Source: Geosiphon pyriformis uo1 (lineage: Eukaryota > Fungi > Glomeromycota). Taken from it: DNA of 64,000 nucleotides. Shown here in pieces: positions 54,601 through 64,000 of this stretch (positions within the stretch are counted from its first letter, which is position 1; the number at the start of each line of letters is the position of its first letter). The translations under genes were made by a program, and so were the position numbers. The DNA is taken from positions 977,924 through 1,041,923 of the forward strand of contig JAAOMT010000299.1 in assembly GCA_016748015.1 (NCBI GenBank), written 5' to 3'. The notes beneath the pieces are model-generated. The model saw nothing but the letters and a program-made list of their open reading frames with translations. It was not told the DNA's origin and ran no database searches.

Positions 54601-56896
54601 AGAGAACGTTCGCTCAGCTTCAAAATTTTTAAGGGAGACCATGATTCCCACTCTGGTGGGTAAACTATCTCACATGTAATTGCTTTGAGGTTACTCAATT
54701 TCAGCTAGATTAAATTTCTTGTTGTTCAGAAATTTTTAGAGGCTAATCAACAATTTGCATATTGTATTAACCTAAAAGCCTCTAATTTGTCCATATCTCT
54801 GTTAATTCGCTTTATTCCTGTTCTTCGAAATATATTTTCTCACTTTAAATTTTTATTTTATTCCCAGATAGTAGAATTTGCCACTTTTTCATCATCCCCT
54901 ATTGATGGGGCATCCCTCACCAAAGCAATGCATCGTCGTGGTATTAATATGCGTTACCTGGGTATGATCGCATCATTGGCAGATGATTCCCATGACAAAA
55001 ACATGGAGCACATCAAGGTATTCATATGAATATTCAGGACCTAATAAAGGAATATCTCGGGATTTGCTGTCACATTATAATTAAAGTTTTGGTCTATTAT
55101 CAGCACCTAGGAATCCATGAGATGATAATAAGAGCGACAAAGCGTATCTTGCGTGATTTAATCCGCAATCTCCCTTTGACTGTCGTTCCACAATGCATTG
55201 CCCATTTTTTGAACTGTCTTCTTGGAACATCTTTCAATCCCAATCCACAACCTTATCCGTCTAATTATAATAATTCGGACGAAAGTGTGCATTATAGTTA
55301 TTTAGAACTTACACCAAGTTCTTTGGTCCAACAAATTCGTCAAACAGTACTTTTGCGGTTTCGCTATTGTCTCCCCGAACAATTTATTGATCATGATATT
55401 CGAAAGTTAGCTTTACTCCGAGAAATATGTTTTCGAAATGGCATCCAAATTTTCGCTCAAGGATATCATTTTACGAAAAAAAAATCACACGGAAAAAATA
55501 AGAAGAGACAGACAACTTTCTTACCTCAAGACATTTTAAATATACTACCAATTGTTAAGCAGGCTAATACAAAAGTAATATATTTATTATGAATTATAGT
55601 TTCAAAATTTTCAATTTATCTCATTTATGCTTACGTTCTTCAGTGTGTCTTTGCCGAAGAAACATTTGAGGCTGGGAAACTTATGATCGCTCAAGGTATG
55701 ACTTCCATTTTGCTTATTGTTATGTTTTTCATATATTTTATCTCCATTTAATTTTAGGTCAACGAGAAACAGGCGGCGAATTGCTGTTGCAGTCACTGTC
55801 ATTATACGAACAAAGCTATGGATTTCTTCATCCTGAGACAGCCAAATGCTACTCAGCTTTGGCCATGTTCTTTTACCACAACGAAGAATTAGAATTTGCC
55901 CTTGAGTTTCAAAGGAAAGCGGTTGTGGCTCTGGAACGAACATGTGGGGTCGATAGCTACGAAGCTGTCCATAGCTATGTAAGCATAATACTTTTAGGAG
56001 GCATTGAGATTCATTATTTAATGTGTAATAAAACACTTAATAAATTTGCAATTTTAAGTTACATCTTGGTCTTTTTGAACATGCGGCTGGCCACACCGAA
56101 CTAGGTCTGTCTTATATGCGCCATGCTATGCAATATTGGGAAATTATATATGGGTCGTTTCACCCTGACGGGGCAACCGCGGATGTAAGTTCAAGTCTCT
56201 ATTTTATTGTTCACAATTTTTATTTCGAATGAAACAAATTGATTTGGTATTACTATTTCTCAGAACAATGTCGGTGTTATGCTACAGAATCTAAGAGATT
56301 TTGAAGGAAGCATCAAGTTCTTTGAGAGAGCAAAGGAAACCCAAGAGAATGTTTTTGGAAAAGATCATGTTTTAACAGGTGAATCGTAAGTATATTGATT
56401 ACATTTTCGAATTAATTTGTGCACCTTCATTTTTTCCTAGTATTTAATAAAATTTTCATTCAGGTATCATATACTTGGCAAGGCATTAGCATTAGCAGAA
56501 GATTTCAAAGCTGCTTTGAATGCGGAAAAGTCTGCCTATAAAATATTTCTTTCCACGGTAAATTATTCAGCAAGCCATTACACATAAATATCTTTTGATA
56601 ATATTGACAAATATTTTCTAGCTTGGTGCTGATCATCTTAAAACGAAAGAAACGGAATATTTGCTTAGAGAGTGGACTTCTAGCGCTGTACAAACGGTAA
56701 ATTCAATTAGTATATGACTTAACCTGTTAATAAAATTTTTTGAAAAGACGTTTAACTACTAATGGGTTTTTATCTCTAGGCTAAAATGGCGCTGCAAAAT
56801 TCATTAGAGAATCAAGGTAAAATGCCACTAAAAAGTAGTTCATTTCAGCTAAAAGCTCCACCCACTGCCAACAAAAAAAAGTTGCCGAGGAAATAA
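51607..56896 (+). CDS. CLU1: Clustered mitochondria protein Clu1/Tif31 (multi-exon; CLU domain and TPR C-terminus)
   Basis: SLFLSGWNPVP; GDLLYLSVTTLEG; RDWNDEFQ; MYVYNNIFFS; GGNDAAHVATGKDLEG; IDYKGTRIVAQTIVPG; GDDGRRYLFDLYRLNPID; YPHKLTLLRPEL; MHRRGINMRYLG; TPR-like HPETAKCY. GT-AG introns; last exon 56780-56896 ends in TAA. Confidence 0.95.
53393..53794 (+). other. Unusually long (402 nt), self-complementary CLU1 intron; candidate structured ncRNA
   Basis: Removing GT(53393)..AG(53794) restores IVPG|IFRRQDDSIIYG. The intron contains several 8-13 bp complementary pairs. Confidence 0.5.
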
Positions 56897-57165
56897 TGGT
56901 TTGATATCCCTTTTGATAATTAGAGAATTTATAGACATAATAGACACTATAATTTGCATGGGCCATCATGATTAATTTATATACCCAAATATCTAAAAAT
57001 TCGACTTTGGTATTGATATTTTGAATTGTAACTTATGTGACTCCGCAACAAACATGAATGGAAATTAATATTTATCATAATCCAAATCTATTGTAACTAT
57101 CTAAAACCAACCATGGGTGTAAACAAAATACAATGCTAATTATTCATTCTTATATATATATATAT

Positions 57166-60100
57166 CTATGCGGATTTTTCTGGCGTACTGTAAGGGTTGA
57201 CAGCCAAAACTTTAATGACAGGAGGGCTCTTCTTACAATCTGCAGTTATAACCACCTGAAGACGGCTCAGCTCCCTTATAATTTGTGAGTTAGGATAGAA
57301 AGGATCGGGGATGATGCAGATCTGAGGCATTTCGGGTATTCTGATTGAAGGAATTACAGATTTCGCAGAAAATGCTTGATTTGTAACAAGGGTTTCTTTT
57401 TGTGAATGTTCAATGGTTGGATGAGAATGAGGGGATGCCGCAAAAACAGAAACACCATTAATTCCATCATTAATTTCGGCTATTGGCTGGACAGCTTGAA
57501 ATTCATCGTCATCATCTTCACCGATGTCAGAGCTCGCATCAAAAAGTCTGTGCTCATCCTCAATAGGAAGACTTGCCACGTCCATCAACTCATAATGGTA
57601 ATCATCGTTGACCTCACCCAGTAAACCTTCCTCATCCACATCCAACACATCTTCTTCCTCAGCGAATCCATCTTCTTCAGAAATTAGTTGAAGCGAGTTG
57701 ACTCCAACTTTCCAGACTAAAGTTAATTCAGCAATATCGGCATCATAAACAAATTTTTCGAGAGGAAGTTGATCCAAGTGGACACGTTTTTCTATGCCAA
57801 ACACAGGTACCAATACATCGAAAGCATGGTCTTTGATACCAATGACGATAGCCTCGCGTATAACAGGTCCTGTTTGAGACGTTAAATTGTCAAGTAACAC
57901 ACAAAGGAAGAGATGTGTGCTCTGTTCTCGCGCATTTCGTGATGCATCTTTCTTCACATTACAGTGATTGGCCGTCTTCTGAACGGTGTCTTTGTCAAGA
58001 TAAAATCTTTTCTCTGTAAATTAAAAAAATAAATCAAAATTTTAATTGATGTAATACCACTTGTAAAAGTCATTGATGATATTGTAAGAATATAATATCT
58101 ACCGCCTGCCAAAGCCGACTCGAGCATACGATGAACTAGTACGTCAGCATAGCGTCTGATGGGGGAGGTGAAATGAGTATACAGCGGGGTGTTTAATGCG
58201 TAATGGTGGTATTTAGCAATATCCAAGGTGCCTGTACAAAAATATTTGGCTTTTTGCATTGATTTTAAGGCTAACAGTTTCAAGACCTGGGGGGGGGGGG
58301 GGAGTCAGAACGTGAGTTATATATGGAAATATGGAAAAAAGATGTAGTTTTCTAAAAATATACTTGTTTGACATCGTCATCTTGGACAGAATCAAACGAT
58401 CTTTGTAATGCACCGGCCGAGGAGACATCGAAATCATATTCTAGCCTCAATGCATGCTCAGCAAAATCATTCTAAATGAAAATAAATAAATAATCAATCA
58501 ACAGTTTCCCCTATATACATATTGACTTTTGAGGAAATTAAATCATACTAGTCTGCGCTCAATAGGAGATGCATGCCGTCTCAACAAAGCTTGTTCAGGA
58601 AAAGCACTAGAAATCTTTTGGGCTACGCTCATATTTGCGAGTAACATAAATTCTTCAATTAAGCAATTAGCGTCCTTTTGCTCGAGCACATGACATTCAA
58701 TTGGCTCATCCCGTTCATTAAGATCGAAACCAAGTACAAGGGAATTCATGGCGAGAGCGCCCCTTTTGAGACGGTTTTCCCGAAGACGAAGAGATAAGTC
58801 CTATTTAATTAAATTTTTAAGAAATTAATATGTGAAATTTTCTCTACAACTATCAATAAAATTCTTACATGAAAAACTTTAATATCTGCTTCAATTTCTT
58901 TGGAAACGTAATCGTTATGTATCTGTACAAAAGAGTTCAGGGGTTTTCCTTCGATGACATCTTGCACGTTGTCATATGATAATTTTGCACAAGGTCGAAT
59001 GATTGTTTTGCCGTACCAAGTTTCCAAAACTTTACCATCAGGATTTATTTTCCAGATAACAGAGAAAGCAAGCCTATATATCAGAAGAATCAGCTTATTA
59101 TTGAGCTAATAAATAATTCCCAAATCCAAGATCTCTTACTTGTCAACTCCTGAATTCAGACTGCAGAATTCTTCAGAGAGTAAAGAAGGTAACATTGGCA
59201 CCGATTTGTGCACCAAATAAACGGTGGTGGCTCTTTTACGAGCATCACGATCAAGAGCGGTATTAGGTTTAACAAAATAGCTCACATCGGCGATATGTGC
59301 TCCAATTTCAAAATTGCCATCAGGTAATCGAATGCAGGATATAGCATCATCCAGATCTTTGGCGGTGGGAGGATCAATTGTAAAAATTCTGGCGGATCTT
59401 AAATCACGACGATTTTCGTATTCCTTTTCTGGGATCGTCCAAGAGACAGGAGGGAGACATTTTACAACATTTTCGTTGAAATCTTCAGAGGAGACGTTGT
59501 TATCTTTAAGTAAGGCTTCAGTTTCAACTTTAATTCCCCCGATTTCACCAATTTGGTTTACAAGAGTTCCAAAAGGATGAAGCGACGTAATGGGCCAGCG
59601 TTTTATACATGCCTATTTATTTGAAAAAATAAATAATGATTGTTCTTAATTCCTTGAGCTTTTTATGATTCAATCACTAATAAATAATAACTCATGTATT
59701 TTTCAAACAAATCCATAAGCTTACAACAAACAATTGCTGGGCATATGTTTGATGATGTTCAACAAAGTCGATGGGAGCTTGCTCTGTTGGGATGGCTATC
59801 AATGGTACTCTTTTATCGGTCTAAAATGAATTAAGGGAAATTTAATAGGAAAATTTTACGGTTAGGTGTTCAAGAAATATTTAAGTTTACCGGTTTAAAC
59901 CAGACAATTTTTGGGCGTTCATTTTTTTCATCTCTCTTGTCATATCTGGCCTCATCTATTTTAGGCTCAATTCCAGCTGCTCTTTCTTCGGCTTCTCGGC
60001 GAGCTTTTTCTGCTGCCTCCCTCTCTTTGGTTGCTGTCGAAGATGGTCTCAGCAATGCAAGTGTCCTAAGAATATAAAAGAAATAGGGCTTCAATCAATT

Positions 60101-62266
60101 TTCCTAAAATTGCTACTCAACGAGCAAGATTTTATTAAGCTTTTTAAGGAGTCAACAATACCCAGAAAAAATTTGACCGGGCATTCGTTCCATGACAGCA
60201 ACGACGTGCCCACAGAACTTAGGTCTCTGTTCATCAGTCACAATGTCATCATCTTCAAAAAGCAATAGACCTTGCCCTTCAACCTCAACATCATCTTTCT
60301 TTTTGTCGATCTTTTTTTTGTCAATCCCAGCACTTTCTTCCTTTTTCCTTTTCTTTTCTTCTTTCTCTTTTTTAGTCTGCCATACTTTTTCGGGGTCTAA
60401 TAATTCAACTGCAACAACGTCGCCCTCTAAGGCACGATTTCTGTCTTTAGAGCCGCAAATGTAAATATCGGCATCAAGAGATTCGGTCGTAACATAGGCA
60501 TCGGACCGATTTCTTTTGTTGATTCGTAAAACGCCTGATACCAATTGTCCCATTTTGAGAAGAGGCGGGAGAGAGGCCTGAGGCAAGTAAGGCGCGAAGA
60601 GGGACTTGCGTTGTTGTTGATTATTAACATTTTGTTGATTTTGCTGTTGTTTCCTTTGAATGACACCGAATTTTGGTAAAGGAAAAGACGAGAATGGTGT
60701 TACTGCATCAGAAACAGGTGAAGCAGCTGAGTTTTATTAAGGCAAACAAAATACGTGATGTTATTAATAAAAACACAAGAATAGGAATAAAGAAAAGTTG
60801 CGACTTGAACCAAAAATAATATTCAAAATGAAAATAAATAATTGATATCAAAGGTTAACAAAAAGTTCGAAATTATTCTCACTTGTTCTCCAATTGCTTT
60901 CAAAGTTCCTGGAATTACTACGACGATGCCCCTTTGCCTCTGGACCAGGTGACCTTCCCTGACTTTTCTCTAGCTCTTTCAAAACATCTTTACTGCCATT
61001 TAGTGCAACACTATGCCGTCGTTGATGAGTTGGAAGGGTCATTTTCAAACTACCAGGTGTAGTGTTGGTTGCCGGGATTAAGTTGTATCCAAGAGATTGA
61101 TGTCGTCTATGTGTTTTTTTGGCAGATGCTTGAACCTGCTCGTCTGAAGGTTTTTTGATCTCGAATGGAAATTTTGTGGCCATTTCTAGCTGTTTATCAG
61201 ATAAAGTCATATCTTCTAAAGTCAGAGCTTTACGGCTATTGGATGCCTTTTTGCGGCGTTTATTTTCATCATCTGATTCAGGAAAGTCATCTTCCTTTTT
61301 TTTAATTTCTATCTCTTTTTGTTGTTGGGCCTTACCCTTATCAAGACTCATTCGCCTCAAAGAAGAAATCGTATCTTGCAAGGCATTCTCAATGTCCAAG
61401 GGTTTCCCATCTTCAGAATCAGGAATTGCTTTTAAGGTACTGTTTGTTACCGATGTTGTCAGAGGAAAAGAGAAAGATACTGATGCACCCTTCTTGTGTT
61501 GCTTTGCAGCAGCACTTGATCGTTTGGCTATCACAGTTACACTGGATTCATTCCTTTTGTGCTTGGAAATTGTATCAAGAGTGGTTTCGTCGCCTTCTTT
61601 CTTTTCAGGTTTTTGTGGCTTTGGAGGAACAGGTAAATTCTTAAGGCTAGCGATTATTTGTTGAAGTGATTCCAAAGCTTCTGATTTATTTTCAGAGTCA
61701 TCTTTGCTGCCTTTGGTTTTAACAGAAACTCGAGCAGGGGAATTCTGTAATTCAGTAACGTTGGCCATTGATTTACCACGGCGATGAGCAGCCGATTTAT
61801 CTGAATTACTATTATTAACATTCTTATTCTTCACAATGACATCAGGCACATTCGCCGTTGATTTACGACGCTGTTGTTGGACTTGTTTAGTATCGTTCGA
61901 TTCAACTATTTCAGCATCTTTAGACCTGATTATTTCGGAACTTTCCGTGGAGACAGTACGATTTTTGCCAGGCCTTTTTTCTTTTTTCTTTTTTTCATCA
62001 TTAACATCGGTCCCAACAGTCTCATCAACTGTATTGGACTTGTTAGCCTTTGTATCTTTATTTTCGCTTTTTTGAGGGGCTTTCCAACTCTGGCGGTTTT
62101 GTTTCTTACGAGCTTGTTTTTCTGCAGGGTCTTCATGCACCGAGATGGCTTCAGTGTGGAACTTGGAACCAGTGGCAGAAAAGGATTCGTTGAGGAACGA
62201 AGTAGATGTTTCCGAGGTAGGAATGCTCAAAACGTGTTCGGCTGGAAGATTCGTTTTGTCGGACAT
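57166..62266 (-). CDS. DIS3L2: Dis3L2/Ssd1-family RNase II (RNB) 3'-5' exoribonuclease, multi-exon, active site intact
   Basis: First ATG at 62266; long disordered N-terminus; [18 protein letters not shown]; [28 protein letters not shown] (CSD1); [17 protein letters not shown] (~59340-59388); [14 protein letters not shown]; [21 protein letters not shown]; S1 domain; stop at 57166. Confidence 0.93.
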
Positions 62267-63099
62267 CGTCAAATAGGGCAGGACCTTTATTCTTTGGTTT
62301 TCCTGGGTGTACTACTGTATAAAAGAAGGAATGTCTTGCTATGTCCCAGAGCAACTCCCAAAATGTGTGACGAAATTGGTGGGCCTCAATGCCTGATTTA
62401 ATATATAGTCATATAGCTGATAGATATGGACATGCTGCGACAAAGTGAACATGATGTCACCATTGACTTGATGATTGAAAATTTTTATCAAAACAACGCG
62501 AACCATCTCACTCTTCTATAATTTTTAACAGATATGGCAAGTAAGCTTGACATTTATTAGCGTTTATGCCCTTATTAATTTTTAGGTTCAAAAATTGAAT
62601 ACATAGTATAATTCATAACTCTCTATTTCTCCATCAATAAAATTAATTATTAAAACTTTATAATCAAACATTAATTCATCTTTTGTTTCATCCATTTTCC
62701 TAAATAACACAACTTTAAATTGTTTTAAAAACACTTTTCTTTGGTTAGAAGTTTTTTAAAAAACACATTAAAAACAGTTTTAATATTGATTTTACTATTA
62801 AAAAAGTTTTAAAATTTATAGTATTAAAGTTTTTGTTTTTTTTGGCAATTTTTATAACTATTATTATTATTATTTTTTAAACAGCCTAAAAACAATTATT
62901 ATTACTAATAACTTTAATAATAATGAATTATTTTAAAAATTTTTGAATTGATTTTTTAAAAAAATTTAAGTTTTGGCTTTTTAACTTATTTTTGGTTTTT
63001 TTATCACCAATTTTAACAAAATAATTAATTTTAATTCAATTATAAATAACAATATTCTTTTAATTTACATAATTTTTTTTTATTTAATTAATAAGTGCA

Positions 63100-64000
63100 A
63101 TTCAATCATTATTTAATATACAGAAACAAACCAAGTAATTCAAATTAAATATGGTTTATGTGCTTATTACATGTGTTCAGCCACTTGAACTGGACAAAAC
63201 TACACTATATATACACACTAATCTCTAATCTATTATCTAAACCTGAAAAAAACAAACAAATCTTATGCAATCCAAAACTAACAGCAAAAAATTCAACAAT
63301 GCCAAACAAACAAACCACTTTAATTAAAAAAAATCTAAACAGACTGTTGTCTACTTTAAGCAATACTTCTTTATTATTGACCAAATTATTTTTTTTTATA
63401 TTAACTCTAAACTTTGACCTAAAATTTTACAGCTTATCATGATATATATTAGCCAAATAATAAACAAAATCAGTCATCATTAACACAGCCTTTTTCTTAT
63501 TCTTGAATCTCAATATTGCTTTATTAATCCAATTCTTAAAAATGAATTTTTTGTATATAATTTTATAAATACCAATATCTAATACTCTTAAAAAAAGAGT
63601 ATATAATACTAAAGATAATAATAGAAAACAAGATCTTACCAAGAACTTTTACAGTTTAGCATAATCTATTAAAATTTCAGAACAAATTAAAACATTTTTT
63701 AGACAAATAAAAACATAATCAAACAGTTTAATATTATTACAAAACAAATATAACACACCCAAATAATTTCTGTTATATAGTTTTTTCTTAACTGCAGTTG
63801 GCAGTTTCTTATAAACTGTTTTTATTAAATATTTATAAAATACTGCTAAAGTTTTGTTGGTAAAATCAACAAGTATATAAGAATTAAGATGCTAAACTAA
63901 AGCAATATAATGCTAATTAATAATCTAAATAAATAAGATTCACAAAATTTTTACACCTAAGTCTGTTTTTTATTAAGCATAATTAATTAATTAATATATA
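63100..64000 (-). mobile_element. Decayed LINE 3' part
   Basis: 63120-63480 resembles the LINE C-terminus and 3' UTR at 16780-17230, in the same orientation. Confidence 0.55.

Noticed and set aside
58288-58302. G-run as a G-quadruplex or poly-Pro exon
   Set aside because: It is a poly(C) tract at the 3' end of a DIS3L2 intron on the minus strand; a simple homopolymer.
57166-62266. Calling the gene SSD1 (pseudonuclease)
   Set aside because: The catalytic Asp residues are intact, so Dis3L2 is the better call.
61155-62401. Plus-strand ORFs of 169 and 175 aa
   Set aside because: Antisense shadows of the long DIS3L2 exon.

Overview
AT-rich, intron-rich fungal DNA. The genes and repeats suggest an early-diverging fungus such as Glomeromycotina (inference). 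About 75% of the window is decayed, nested Ty3/Gypsy LTR retrotransposons and LINE remnants. The deepest nesting is LINE < solo LTR < element A < element B, each LTR-type insertion with a 4-bp TSD. The LTR elements share an unusual layout: gag-PR-Cys-rich domain-dUTPase-RT-RNaseH, STOP, a separate integrase ORF, then a third ORF. There are two gene islands. Island 1 (~12.3-14.5 kb) holds MDM35 and a divergent, intronless, degenerate ORF of unknown, possibly viral, origin. Island 2 (~49.9-62.3 kb) holds a Fanzor2/IS607-TnpB-type RNA-guided nuclease pseudogene with a hairpin-rich candidate omegaRNA at its 3' end. It lies head-to-head with CLU1, which has one long, highly structured intron. CLU1 converges on a catalytically intact Dis3L2/Ssd1-family exoribonuclease gene. 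All family assignments come from manual translation and motif recognition; no searches were run.
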